In this document: positions 20,301-35,300 of the stretch, piece after piece | How the letters are laid out: every line of letters begins with the position of its first letter | How positions within the stretch are numbered: position 1 is the stretch's first letter | The notes under the pieces: generated by a model | The model's input: the letters and a program-made list of their open reading frames with translations, nothing else | The model's database searches: none | Told to the model about the DNA's origin: nothing | Assembly (NCBI GenBank): GCA_040954595.2 | Contig: CM082591.2 | Location: forward strand, 11,301,309-11,365,308 | Source of the DNA: Balanoglossus misakiensis | Taxonomy: Eukaryota; Animalia; Hemichordata | Length of the DNA: 64,000 bases | Direction of reading: 5' to 3' | Made by a program: the position numbers and the translations under genes

Positions 20301-23300
20301 GGCTGTGTTTGGAAGCAATCATGGAAATTTTAGAACTATCCATCCATCTACAGAGTCTAGTGGAAAACTTCCTTATGCGCATAGGCCTATCATGTGTCCT
20401 GCGCATCACAGCAGAATTTTGTAAACAAACGAGGATGTGTTTGGAAGCAACCATGGAAACTTTAGAACTATCCGTCAATCTACAGAGTCTAGTGGAAAAC
20501 TTTCTTATGCGCATAGACCTATCATGTGTTCTGCGCATCACAACAGAATTTTGTAAATAAATTAACGAGGCTGTGTTTGGAAGCAACCATGGAAATTTTA
20601 GAACTATCCATCCATCTACAGAGTCTAGTGGAAAACTTCCTTATGCGCTTAGGCCTATCATGTGTCCTGCGCATCACAACAGAATTCAATTAATAAACGT
20701 GGCTGTGTTTGGAAGCAACCATGGAAATTTTAGAACTATCTGTCGATCTACCGAGTCTATCAGAAAACTTTCTCATGCGCATAGGTCTATCGTGTGTTCT
20801 GCGAATCACAACCGATTTCCTCAAATAAACGAGGCTGTGTTTGGAAGCAACCATGGAAACTTTAGAACTATCCGTCGATCTACAGAGTCTAGTGGAAAAC
20901 TTTCTTATGCGCATAGGTCTATCGTGTGTTCTGCGAATCACAACAGATTTCCTCATCAAATAAACGAGGGTGTGTTTGGAAGCAACCATGGAAATTTAGA
21001 ACTATCCGTCCATCTACAGTGGAAAACTTCCTTATGCGCATAGGCCTATCATGTGTCCTGCGCATCACAACAGAATTCAATTAATAAACGTGGCTGTGTT
21101 TGGAAGCAACCATGGAAATTTTAGAACTATCCGTCCATCTTCAGAGTCTAGTGGAAAACTTTCTTATGCGCATAGGCTTATCTATGTGTACTACGCATCA
21201 CAACAGAATTCGGTAAATAAACGAGGCTGTGTTTGGAAGCAATCATGGAAATTTTAGAACTATCCATCCATCTACAGAGTCTAGTGGAAAACTTCCTTAT
21301 GCGCATAGGCCTATCATGTGTCCTGCGCATCACAGCAGAATTTTGTAAACAAACGAGGATGTGTTTGGAAGCAACCATGGAAACTTTAGAACTATCCGTC
21401 AATCTACAGAGTCTAGTGGAAAACTTTCTTATGCGCATAGACCTATCATGTGTTCTGCGCATCACAACAGAATTTTGTAAATAAATTAACGAGGCTGTGT
21501 TTGGAAGCAACCATGGAAATTTTAGAACTATCCATCCATCTACAGAGTCTAGTGGAAAACTTCCTTATGCGCTTAGGCCTATCATGTGTCCTGCGCATCA
21601 CAACAGAATTCAATTAATAAACGTGGCTGTGTTTGGAAGCAACCATGGAAATTTTAGAACTATCTGTCGATCTACCGAGTCTATCAGAAAACTTTCTCAT
21701 GCGCATAGGTCTATCGTGTGTTCTGCGAATCACAACCGATTTCCTCAAATAAACGAGGCTGTGTTTGGAAGCAACCATGGAAACTTTAGAACTATCCGTC
21801 GATCTACAGAGTCTAGTGGAAAACTTTCTTATGCGCATAGGTCTATCGTGTGTTCTGCGAATCACAACAGATTTCCTCATCAAATAAACGAGGGTGTGTT
21901 TGGAAGCAACCATGGAAATTTAGAACTATCCGTCCATCTACAGTGGAAAACTTCCTTATGCGCATAGGCCTATCATGTGTCCTGCGCATCACAACAGAAT
22001 TCAATTAATAAACGTGGCTGTGTTTGGAAGCAACCATGGAAATTTTAGAACTATCCGTCCATCTTCAGAGTCTAGTGGAAAACTTTCTTATGCGCATAGG
22101 CTTATCTATGTGTACTACGCATCACAACAGAATTCGGTAAATAAACGAGGCTGTGTTTGGAAGCAATCATGGAAATTTTAGAACTATCCATCCATCTACA
22201 GAGTCTAGTGGAAAACTTCCTTATGCGCAGGCCTATCATGTGTCCTGCGCATCACAGCAGAATTTTGTAAACAAACGAGGATGTGTTTGGAAGCAACCAT
22301 GGAAACTTTAGAACTATCCGTCAATCTACAGAGTCTAGTGGAAAACTTTCTTATGCGCATAGACCTATCATGTGTTCTGCGCATCACAACAGAATTTTGT
22401 AAATAAATTAACGAGGCTGTGTTTGGAAGCAACCATGGAAATTTTAGAACTATCCATCCATCTACAGAGTCTAGTGGAAAACTTCCTTATGCGCTTAGGC
22501 CTATCATGTGTCCTGCGCATCACAACAGAATTCAATTAATAAACGTGGCTGTGTTTGGAAGCAACCATGGAAATTTTAGAACTATCTGTCGATCTACCGA
22601 GTCTATCAGAAAACTTTCTCATGCGCATAGGTCTATCGTGTGTTCTGCGAATCACAACCGATTTCCTCAAATAAACGAGGCTGTGTTTGGAAGCAACCAT
22701 GGAAACTTTAGAACTATCCGTCGATCTACAGAGTCTAGTGGAAAACTTTCTTATGCGCATAGGTCTATCGTGTGTTCTGCGAATCACAACAGATTTCCTC
22801 ATCAAATAAACGAGGGTGTGTTTGGAAGCAACCATGGAAATTTAGAACTATCCGTCCATCTACAGTGGAAAACTTCCTTATGCGCATAGGCCTATCATGT
22901 GTCCTGCGCATCACAACAGAATTCAATTAATAAACGTGGCTGTGTTTGGAAGCAACCATGAAAATTTAGAACTATCCGTCCATCTACAGTGGAAAACTTC
23001 CTTATGCGCATAGGCCTATCATATGTCCTGCGCATCACAACAGAATTCAATTAATAAACGTTGCTGTATTTGGAAGCAACCATGGAAATTTTAGAACTAT
23101 CCGTCGATCTACAGAGTCTAGTGGAAAACTTTCTTATGCGCATAGACCTTTCATGTGTTCTGCGCATCACAACAGAATTTTGTAAACAAACGAGGCTGTG
23201 TTTGGAAGCATCCATGGAAATTTTAGAACTATCTGTCGATCTACCGAGTCTATCAGAAAACTTTCTCATGCGCATAGGTCTATCGTGTGTTCTGCGAATC

Positions 23301-26300
23301 ACAACCGATTTCCTCAAATAAACGAGGCTGTGTTTGGAAGCATCCATGGAAATTTTAGAACTATCCGTCGATCTACTGAGTCTAGTGGAAAACTTTCTTA
23401 TGCGCATAGGCATATCTATGTGTTCTGCGCATCACAACAGAATTCGGTAAATAAACGAGGGTGTGTTTGGAAGCAACCATGGAAATTTTAGAACTATCCT
23501 TCCATCTTCAGAGTCTAGTGGAAAACTTTCTTATGCGCATAGGCTTATCTATGTGTACTACGCATCACAACAGAATTCGGTAAATAAACGAGGCTGTGTT
23601 TGGAAGCAATCATGGAAATTTTAGAACTATCCATCCATCTACAGAGTCTAGTGGAAAACTTCCTTATGCGCTTAGGCCTATCATGTGTCCTGCGCATCAC
23701 AACAGAATTCAATTAATAAACGTGGCTGTGTTTGGAAGCAACCATGGAAATTTTAGAACTATCCGTCCATCTTCAGAGTCTAGTGGAAAACTTTCTTATG
23801 CGCATAGGCTTATCTATGTGTACTACGCATCACAACAGAATTCGGCAAATAAACGAGGCTGTGTTTGGAAGCAATCATGGAAATTTTAGAACTATCCATC
23901 CATCTACAGAGTCTAGTGGAAAACTTCCTTATGCGCATAGGCCTATCATGTGTCCTGCGCATCACAGCAGAATTTTGTAAACAAACGAGGATGTGTTTGG
24001 AAGCAACCATGGAAACTTTAGAACTATCCGTCAATCTACAGAGTCTAGTGGAAAACTTTCTTATGCGCATAGACCTATCATGTGTTCTGCGCATCACAAC
24101 AGAATTTTGTAAATAAATTAACGAGGCTGTGTTTGGAAGCAACCATGGAAATTTTAGAACTATCCGTCCATCTACAGAGTCTAGTGGAAAACTTCCTTAT
24201 GCGCTTAGGCCTATCATGTGTCCTGCGCATCACAACAGAATTCAATTAATAAACGTGGCTGTGTTTGGAAGCAACCATGGAAATTTTAGAACTATCTGTC
24301 GATCTACCGAGTCTATCAGAAAACTTTCTCATGCGCATAGGTCTATCGTGTGTTCTGCGAATCACAACCGATTTCCTTAAGATGGGTCCCTGGGATCTTT
24401 TTGCTCGTTGCTATGGGCCTTTATAGGACACTACACTCAATTTTGATCGAAACCGTTATGAACGTCCGACAAGGGGCTTGTAACTAGTTAAAAATACGCA
24501 CGATTGTGTGCACACCCCCTGTCTGAGTATGTTTACGGCAGCTACCGCCCGGCCATAGGCCGCCACGCTAATACGGCAAAGCAGCGGTCAGCGATAGCGT
24601 GCGCGTCCTGTAACCACAGTAACTGGATCGAACGCTCAAAATCAAACGTTTTGTACACAGAGATTTTGTACCGTTCACGAAAATCCCTAAGGCTTTTTTC
24701 ACAGGCGACGTAGGCCAGCCAAATTTGACCTGCTTGTTGAGAACGCACTTCCGCATAGTGTGAAGGATCGTTTTTTCGGTTTTCGTCGTGCTAAGAAGCG
24801 ATACCAGTGGAAGAGTGCGTCCAAAAACACCCAAAATCGATGACTTTTTCAGGTGTGGTACGGGTATGCTGAAATCGTAGGATACAACGATAATATTCGA
24901 AAACAAAATCCGTCACGATCTTCCCTGGTTCAAGCAACTAATGAATACGTATCAAGTTCGTTTTTGAGGTCACGGAATAAAAAGCCTTAGGCTTTTGAAA
25001 TTTGACCTAACTAATTTGCATATCAATGGCGTCAGGGGGCGCGCGCTCACAATCGTGCAGATTTTCAACTAGTTACCAGCACCTTGTTAGACTCTGAAAA
25101 CGGCTTAGTCCAAATCGGGGTGTAATGTCCTATAAAGGCCCATAGCAACGGGCAAAAAGATCCCAGGGACCCATCTTAAATAAACGAGGCTGTGTTTGGA
25201 AGCAACCATGGAAAGATTAGAACTATCCGTCGATCTACAGAGTCTAGTGGAAAACTTTCTTATGCGCATAGGTCTATCGTGTGTTCTGCGAATCACAACA
25301 GATTTCCTCAAATAAACGAGGGTGTGTTTGGAAGCAACCATGGAAATTTTAGAACTATCCGTCCATCTACAGAGTCTAGTGGAAAACTTTCTTATGCGCA
25401 TAGGCTTATCTATGTGTTCTACGCATCACAACAGAATTTGGTAAATAAACGAGGCTGTGTTTGGAAGCAACCATGGAAATTTTAGAACTATCCGTCCATC
25501 TACAGAGTCGAGTGGAAAACTTCCTTATGCGCATAGGCCTATCATGTGTCCTGCGCATCACAACAGAATTCAATTTATAAACGTGGCTGTGTTTGGAAGC
25601 AACCATGGAAATTTAGAACTATCCGTCCATCTACAGTGGAAAACTTCCTTATGCGCATAGGCCTATCATGTGTCCTGCGCATCACAACAGAATTCAATTA
25701 ATAAACGTGGCTGTGTTTGGAAGCAACCATGGAAATTTAAGAACTATCTGTCGATCTACAGAGTCTATCAGAAAGCTTTCTCATGCGCATAGGTCTATCG
25801 TGTGTTCTGCGAATCACAACAGATTTCCTCAAATAAACGAGGCTGTGTTTGGAAGCATCCATGGGAATTTTAGAACTATCCGTCGATCTACAGAGTCTAG
25901 TGGAAAACTTCCTAATGCGCATAGGCCTATCATGTGTCCTGCGCATCACAACAGAATTCAATTAATAAACGTGGCTGTGTTTGGAAGCAACAATGAAAAT
26001 TTAGAACTATCCGTCCATCTACAGTGGAAAACTTCCTTATGCGCATAGGCCTATCATATGTCCTACGCATCACAACAGAATTCAATTAATAAACGTTGCT
26101 GTATTTGGAAGCAACCATGGAAATTTTAGAACTATCCGTTGATCTACAGAGTCTAGTGGAAAACTTTCTTATGCGCATAGACCTATCATGTGTTCTGCGC
26201 ATCACAACAGAATTTTGTAAACAAACGAGGCTGTGTTTGGAAGCATCCATGGAAATTTTAGAACTATCTGTCGATTTACTGAGTCTAGTGGAAAACTTCC

Positions 26301-29300
26301 TTATGCGCATAGGCCTATCATGTGTCCTGCGCATCACAACAGAATTCAATTAATAAACGTGGCTGTGTTTGGAACCAACCATGAAAATTTAGAACTATCC
26401 GTCCATCTACAGTGGAAAACTTCCTTATGCGCATAGGCCTATCATATGTCCTGCGCATCACAACAGAATTCAATTAATAAATGTTGCTGTATTTGGAAGC
26501 AACCATGGAAATTTTAGAACTATCCGTTGATCTACACAGTCTAGTGGAAAACTTCCTAATGCGCATAGACCTATCATGTGTTCTGCGCATCACAACAGAA
26601 TTTGGTAAATAAACGAGGCTGTGTTTGGAAGCAACCATGGAAATTTTAGAACTATCCGTCCATCTACAGAGTCGAGTGGAAAACTTCCTTATGCGCATAG
26701 GCCTATCATGTGTCCTGCGCATCACAACAGAATTCAATTTATAAACGTGGCTGTGTTTGGAAGCAACCATGGAAATTTAGAACTATCCGTCCATCTACAG
26801 TGGAAAACTTCCTTATGCGCATAGGCCTATCATGTGTCCTGCGCATCACAACAGAATTCAATTAATAAACGTGGCTGTGTTTGGAAGCAACCATGGAAAT
26901 TTAAGAACTATCTGTCGATCTACAGAGTCTATCAGAAAGCTTTCTCATGCGCATAGGTCTATCGTGTGTTCTGCGAATCACAACAGATTTCCTCAAATAA
27001 ACGAGGCTGTGTTTGGAAGCATCCATGGGAATTTTAGAACTATCCGTCGATCTACAGAGTCTAGTGGAAAACTTCCTAATGCGCATAGGCCTATCATGTG
27101 TCCTGCGCATCACAACAGAATTCAATTAATAAACGTGGCTGTGTTTGGAAGCAACAATGAAAATTTAGAACTATCCGTCCATCTACAGTGGAAAACTTCC
27201 TTATGCGCATAGGCCTATCATATGTCCTGCGCATCACAACAGAATTCAATTAATAAACGTTGCTGTATTTGGAAGCAACCATGGAAATTTTAGAACTATC
27301 CGTTGATCTACAGAGTCTAGTGGAAAACTTTCTTATGCGCATAGACCTATCATGTGTTCTGCGCATCACAACAGAATTTTGTAAACAAACGAGGCTGTGT
27401 TTGGAAGCATCCATGGAAATTTTAGAACTATCTTTCGATTTACTGAGTCTAGTGGAAAACTTCCTTATGCGCATAGGCCTATCATGTGTCCTGCGCATCA
27501 CAACAGAATTCAATTAATAAACGTGGCTGTGTTTGGAAGCAACCATGGAAATTTTAGAACTATCTGTCGATCTACCGAGTCTATCAGAAAACTTTCTCAT
27601 GCGCATAGGTCTATCGTGTGTTCTGCGAATCACAACCGATTTCCTCAAATAAACGAGGCTGTGTTTGGAAGCATCCATGGAAATTTTAGAACTATCCATC
27701 GATCTACTGAGTCTAGTGGAAAACTTTCTTATGCGCATAGGCATATCTATGTGTTCTGCGCATCACAACAGAATTCGGTAAATAAACGAGGGTGTGTTTG
27801 GAAGCAACCATGGAAATTTTAGAACTATCCATCCATCTACAGAGTCTAGTGGAAAACTTTCTTATGCGCATAGAACTATCATGTGTTCTGCGCATCACAA
27901 CAGAATTTTGTAAATAAACGAGGCTGTGTTTGGAAGCAACCATGGAAATTTAGAACTATCCGTCCATCTTCAGTGGAAAACTTCCTTATGCGCATAGGCC
28001 TATCAGATGTCCTGCGCATCACAACAGAATTCAATTAATAAACGTGGCTGTGTTTGGAACCAACCATGAAAATTTAGAACTATCCGTCCATCTACAGTGG
28101 AAAACTTCCTTATGCGCATAGGCCTATCATATGTCCTGCGCATCACAACAGAATTCAATTAATAAATGTTGCTGTATTTGGAAGCAACCATGGAAATTTT
28201 AGAACTATCCGTTGATCTACACAGTCTAGTGGAAAACTTCCTAATGCGCATAGACCTATCATGTGTTCTGCGCATCACAACAGAATTTTGTAAACAAACG
28301 AGGCTGTGTTTGGAAGCATCCATGGAAATTTTAGAACTATCTGTCGATCTACCGAGTCTATCAGAAAACTTTCTCATGCGCATAGGTCTATCGTGTGTTC
28401 TGCGAATCACAACCGATTTCCTCAAATAAACGAGGCTGTGTTTGGAAGCATCCATGGAAATTTTAGAACTATCCGTCGATCTACTGAGTCTAGTGGAAAA
28501 CTTTCTTATGCGCATAGGCATATCTACGTGTTCTGCGCATCACAACAGAATTCGGTAAATAAACGAGGGTGTGTTTGGAAGCAACCATGGAAATTTTAGA
28601 ACTATCCATCCATCTACAGAGTCTAGTGGAAAACTTCCTTATGCGCTTAGGCCTATCATGTGTCCTGCGCATCACAACAGAATTCAATTAATAAACGTGG
28701 CTGTGTTTGGAAGCAACCATGGAAATTTTAGAACTATCTGTCGATCTACCGAGTATATCAGAAAACTTTCTCATGCGCATAGGTCTATCGTGTGTTCTGC
28801 GAATCACAACAGATTTCCTCAAATAAACGAGGGTGTGTTTGGAAGCAACCATGGAAATTTTAGAACTATCCGTCCATCTACAGAGTCGAGTGGAAAACTT
28901 CCTTATGCGCATAGGCCTATCATGTGTCCTGCGCATCACAACAGAATTCAATTAATAAACGTGGCTGTGTTTGGAAGCAACCATGGAAATTTTAGAACTA
29001 TCTGTCTATCTACCGAGTCTATCAGAAAACTTTCTCATGCGCATAGGTCTATCGTGTGTTCTGCGAATCACAACAGATTTCCTCAAATAAACGAGGCTGT
29101 GTTTGGAAGCATCCATGGGAATTTTAGAACTATCCGTCGATCTACAGAGTCTAGTGGAAAACTTCCTAATGCGCATAGGCCTATCATGTGTCCTGCGCAT
29201 CACAACAGAATTCAATTAATAAACGTGGCTGTGTTTGGAACCAACCATGAAAATTTAGAACTATCCGTCCATCTACAGTGGAAAACTTCCTTATGCGCAT

Positions 29301-32300
29301 AGGCCTATCATATGTCCTGCGCATCACAACAGAATTCAATTAATAAATGTTGCTGTATTTGGAAGCAACCATGGAAATTTTAGAACTATCCGTTGATCTA
29401 CACAGTCTAGTGGAAAACTTCCTAATGCGCATAGACCTATCATGTGTTCTGCGCATCACAACAGAATTTTGTAAACAAACGAGGCTGTGTTTGGAAGCAT
29501 CCATGGAAATTTTAGAACTATCTGTCGATCTACCGAGTCTATCAGAAAACTTTCTCATGCGCATAGGTCTATCGTGTGTTCTGCGAATCACAACCGATTT
29601 CCTCAAATAAACGAGGCTGTGTTTGGAAGCATCCATGGAAATTTTAGAACTATCCGTCGATCTACTGAGTCTAGTGGAAAACTTTCTTATGCGCATAGGC
29701 ATATCTACGTGTTCTGCGCATCACAACAGAATTCGGTAAATAAACGAGGGTGTGTTTGGAAGCAACCATGGAAATTTTAGAACTATCCATCCATCTACAG
29801 AGTCTAGTGGAAAACTTCCTTATGCGCTTAGGCCTATCATGTGTCCTGCGCATCACAACAGAATTCAATTAATAAACGTGGCTGTGTTTGGAAGCAACCA
29901 TGGAAATTTTAGAACTATCTGTCGATCTACCGAGTATATCAGAAAACTTTCTCATGCGCATAGGTCTATCGTGTGTTCTGCGAATCACAACAGATTTCCT
30001 CAAATAAAGGAGGGTGTGTTTGGAAGCAACCATGGAAATTTTAGAACTATCCGTCCATCTACAGAGTCGAGTGGAAAACTTCCTTATGCGCATAGGCCTA
30101 TCATGTGTCCTGCGCATCACAACAGAATTCAATTAATAAACGTGGCTGTGTTTGGAAGCAACCATGGAAATTTTAGAACTATCTGTCTATCTACCGAGTC
30201 TATCAGAAAACTTTCTCATGCGCATAGGTCTATCGTGTGTTCTGCGAATCACAACAGATTTCCTCAAATAAACGAGGCTGTGTTTGGAAGCATCCATGGG
30301 AATTTTAGAACTATCCGTCGATCTACAGAGTCTAGTGGAAAACTTCCTAATGCGCATAGGCCTATCATGTGTCCTGCGCATCACAACAGAATTCAATTAA
30401 TAAACGTGGCTGTGTTTGGAACCAACCATGAAAATTTAGAACTATCCGTCCATCTACAGTGGAAAACTTCCTTGTGCGCATAGGCCTATCATATGTCCTG
30501 CGCATCACAACAGAATTCAATTAATAAACGTTGCTGTATTTGGAAGCAACCATGGAAATTTTAGAACTATCCGTTGATCTACAGAGTCTAGTGGAAAGCT
30601 TTCTTATGCGCATAGACCTATCATGTGTTCTGCGCATCACAACAGAATTTTGTAAACAAACGAGGCTGTGTTTGGAAGCATCCATGGAAATTTTAGAACT
30701 ATCTGTCGATCTACCGAGTCTATCAGAAAACTTTCTCATGCGTATAGGTCTATCGTGTGTTCTGCGAATCACAACCGATTTCCTCAAATAAACGAGGCTG
30801 TGTTTGGAAGCATCCATGGAAATTTTAGAACTATCCGTCGATCTACTGAGTCTAGTGGAAAACTTTCTTATGCGCATAGGCATTTATATGTGTTCTGCGT
30901 ATCACAACAGAATTCGGTAAATAAACGAGGGGTGTTTGGAAGCAACCATGGAAATTTTAGAACTATCCGTCGATCTACAGAGTCTAGTGGAAAACTTTCT
31001 TATGCGCATAGAACTATCATGTGTTCTGCGCATCATAACAGAATTTTGTAAATAAACGAGGCTGTGTTTGGAAGCAACAATGGGAATTTTAGAATTATCC
31101 GTCCATCTACAGAGTCTAGTGGAAAACTTCCTTATGTGCTTAGGCCTTTCATGTGTCCTGCGCATCACAACAGAATTCAATTAATAAACGTGGCTGTGTT
31201 TGGAAGCAACCATGGAAATTTAGAACTATCCGTCCATCTACAGTGGAAAACTTCCTTATGCGCATAGGCCTATCATATGTCCTGCGCATCACAACAGAAT
31301 TCAATTAATAAACGTGGCTGTGTTTGGAAGCAACCATTGAAATTTTAGAACTATCCGTCGATCTACAGAGTCTAGTGGAAAACTTCCTTATGCGCTTAGG
31401 CCTATCATGTGTCCTGCGCATCACAACAGAATTCAATTAATAAACGTGGCTGTGTTTGGAAGCAACCATGGAAATTTTAGAACTATCTGTCGATCTACCG
31501 AGTATATCAGAAAACTTTCTCATGCGCATAGGTCTATCGTGTGTTCTGCGAATCACAACAGATTTCCTCAAATAAACGAGGGTGTGTTTGGAAGCAACCA
31601 TGGAAATTTTAGAACTATCCGTCCATCTACAGAGTCGAGTGGAAAACTTCCTTATGCGCATAGGCCTATCATGTGTCCTGCGCATCACAACAGAATTCAA
31701 TTAATAAACGTGGCTGTGTTTGGAAGCAACCATGGAAATTTTAGAACTATCTGTCTATCTACCGAGTCTATCAGAAAACTTTCTCATGCGCATAGGTCTA
31801 TCGTGTGTTCTGCGAATCACAACCGATTTCCTCAAATAAACGAGGCTGTGTTTGGAAGCATCCATGGAAATTTTAGAACTATCCGTCGATCTACAGACTC
31901 TATCAGAAAACTTTCTCATGCGCATAGGTCTATCGTGTGTTCTGCAAATCACAACTGATTTCCTTAAATAAACGAGGCTGTGTTCCGAAGCAACCATGGA
32001 AACATTAGAACTATCCGTCGATCTACAGAGTCTAGTGGAAAACTTTCTTATGCGCATAGGTCTATCGTGTGTTCTGCGAATCACAACAGAGTTCCTCAAA
32101 TAAACGAGGGTGTGTTTGGAAGCAACCATGGAAATTTTAGAACTATCCGTCCATCTACAGAGTCTAGTGGAAAACTTTCTTATGCGCATAGGCTTATCTA
32201 TGTGTTCTACGCATCACAACAGAATTTGGTAAATAAACGAGGCTGTGTTTGGAAGCAACCATGGAAATTTTATAACTATCCGTCCATCTACAGAGTCTAG

Positions 32301-35300
32301 TGGAAAACTTCCTTATGCGCATAGGCCTATCATGTGTCATGCGCATCACAACAGAATTCAATTTATAAACGTGGCTGTGTTTGGAAGCAACCATGGAAAT
32401 TTAGAACTATCCGTCCATCTACAGTGGAAAACTTCCTTATGCGCATAGGCCTATCATATGTCCTGCGCATCACAACAGAATTCAATTAATAAACGTGGCT
32501 GTGTTTGGAAGCAACCATGGATATTTTAGAACTATCTGTCGATCTACCGAGTCTATCAGAAAACTTTCTCATGCGCATAGGTCTATCGTGTGTTCTGCGA
32601 ATCACAACCGATTTCCTCAACTAAACGAGGCTGTGTTTGGAAGCATCCATGGAAATTTTAGAACTATCCGTCGATCTACAGAGTCTAGTGGAAAACTTCC
32701 TTATGCGCTTAGGCCTATCATGTGTCCTGCGCATCACAACAGAATTCAATTAATAAACGTGGCTGTGTTTGGAAGCAACCATGGAAATTTTAGAACTATC
32801 CGTCGATCTACACAGTCTAGTGGAAAACTTTCTTATGCGCATAGACCTATCATGTGTTCTGCGCATCACAACAGAATTTTGTAAATAAATTAACGAGGCT
32901 GTGTTTGGAAGCAACCATGGAAATTTTAGAACTATCCGTCCATCTACGGAGTCTAGTGGAAAACTTCCTTATGCGCTTAGGCCTATCATGTGTCCTGCGC
33001 ATCACAACAGAATTCAATTTATAAACGTGGCTGTGTTTGGAAGCAACCATGGAAATTTTAGAACTATCCGTCGATCTACAGAGTCGAGTGGAAAACTTCC
33101 TTATGCGCATAGGTCTATCGTGTGTTCTGCGAATCACAACAGAGTTCCTCAACTAAACGAGGCTGTGTTTGGAAGCATCCATGGAAATTTTAGAACTATC
33201 CGTCGATCTACAGAGTCTAGTGGAAAACTTTCTTATGCGCATAGGTCTATCGTGTGTTCTGCGAATCACAACAGAGTTCCTCAAATAAACGAGGGTGTGT
33301 TTGGAAGCAACCATGGAAATTTTAGAACTATCCGTCCATCTACAGAGTCTAGTGGAAAACTTTCTTATGCGCATAGGCTTATCTATGTGTTCTACGCATC
33401 ACAACAGAATTTGGTAAATAAACGAGGCTGTGTTTGGAAGCAACCATGGAAATTTTAGAACTATCCGTCCATCTACAGAGTCGAGTGGAAAACTTCCTTA
33501 TGCGCTTACGCCTATCATGTGTCCTGCGCATCACAACAGAATTCAATTTATAAACGTGGCTGTGTTTGGAAGCAACCATGGAAATTTAGAACTATCCGTC
33601 CATCTACAGTGGAAAACTTCCTTATGCGCATAGGCCTATCATATGTCCTGCGCATCACAACAGAATTCAATTACTAAACGTGGCTGTGTTTGGAAGCAAC
33701 CATGGAAATTTTAGAACTATCCGTCGATCTACAGAGTCTAGTGGAAAACTTTCTGATGCGCATAGAACTATCATGTGTTCTGCGCATCACAACAGAATTT
33801 TGTAAATAAACGAGGCTGTGTTTGGAAGCAACCATGGGAATTTTTGAATTATCCGTACATCTACAGAGTCTAGTGGAAAACTTCCTTATGCGCTTAGGCC
33901 TATCATGTGTCCTGCGCATCACAACAGAATTCAATTAATAAACGTGGCTGTGTTTGGAAGCAACCATGGAAATTTTGAACTATCCGTCCATCTACAGTGG
34001 AAAACTTCCTTATGCGCATTGGCCTATCATATGTCCTGCGCATCACAACAAAATTCAATTAATAAACGTGGCTGTGTTTGGAAGCAACCATGGATATTTT
34101 AGAACTATCTGTCGATCTACCGAGTCTATCAGAAAACTTTCTCATGCGCATAGGTCTATCGTGTGTTCTGCGAATCACAACCGATTTCCTCAACTAAACG
34201 AGGCTGTGTTTGGAAGCATCCATGGAAATTTTAGAACTATCCGTCGATCTACAGAGTCTAGTGGAAAACTTCCTTATGCGCTTAGGCCTATCATGTGTCC
34301 TGCCCATCACAACAGAATTCAATTAATAAACGTGGCTGTGTTTGGAAGCAACCATGGAAATTTTAGAACTATCCGTCGATCTACACAGTCTAGTGGAAAA
34401 CTTTCTTATGCGCATAGACCTATCATGTGTTCTGCGCATCACAACAGAATTTTGTAAATAAATTAACGAGGCTGTGTTTGGAAGCAACCATGGAAATTTT
34501 AGAACTATCCGTCCATCTACGGAGTCTAGTGGAAAACTTCCTTATGCGCTTAGGCCTATCATGTGTCCTGCGCATCACAACAGAATTCAATTTATAAACG
34601 TGGCTGTGTTTGGAAGCAACCATGGAAATTTTAGAACTATCCGTCGATCTACAGAGTCGAGTGGAAAACTTCCTTATGCGCATAGGTCTATCGTGTGTTC
34701 TGCGAATCACAACAGAGTTCCTCAACTAAACGAGGCTGTGTTTGGAAGCATCCATGGAAATTTTAGAACTATCCGTCGATCTACAGAGTCTAGTGGAAAA
34801 CTTTCTTATGCGCATAGGTCTATCGTGTGTTCTGCGAATCACAACAGAGTTCCTCAAATAAACGAGGGTGTGTTTGGAAGCAACCATGGAAATTTTAGAA
34901 CTATCCGTCCATCTACAGAGTCTAGTGGAAAACTTTCTTATGCGCATAGGCTTATCTATGTGTTCTACGCATCACAACAGAATTTGGTAAATAAACGAGG
35001 CTGTGTTTGGAAGCAACCATGGAAATTTTAGAACTATCCGTCCATCTACAGAGTCGAGTGGAAAACTTCCTTATGCGCTTACGCCTATCATGTGTCCTGC
35101 GCATCACAACAGAATTCAATTTATAAACGTGGCTGTGTTTGGAAGCAACCATGGAAATTTAGAACTATCCGTCCATCTACAGTGGAAAACTTCCTTATGC
35201 GCATAGGCCTATCATATGTCCTGCGCATCACAACAGAATTCAATTACTAAACGTGGCTGTGTTTGGAAGCAACCATGGAAATTTTAGAACTATCCGTCGA

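Noticed and set aside
24504-24906. ORFs inside the 795-bp insertion as a transposase
   Set aside because: Short, overlapping and without recognisable DDE or other motifs; the element is non-autonomous.
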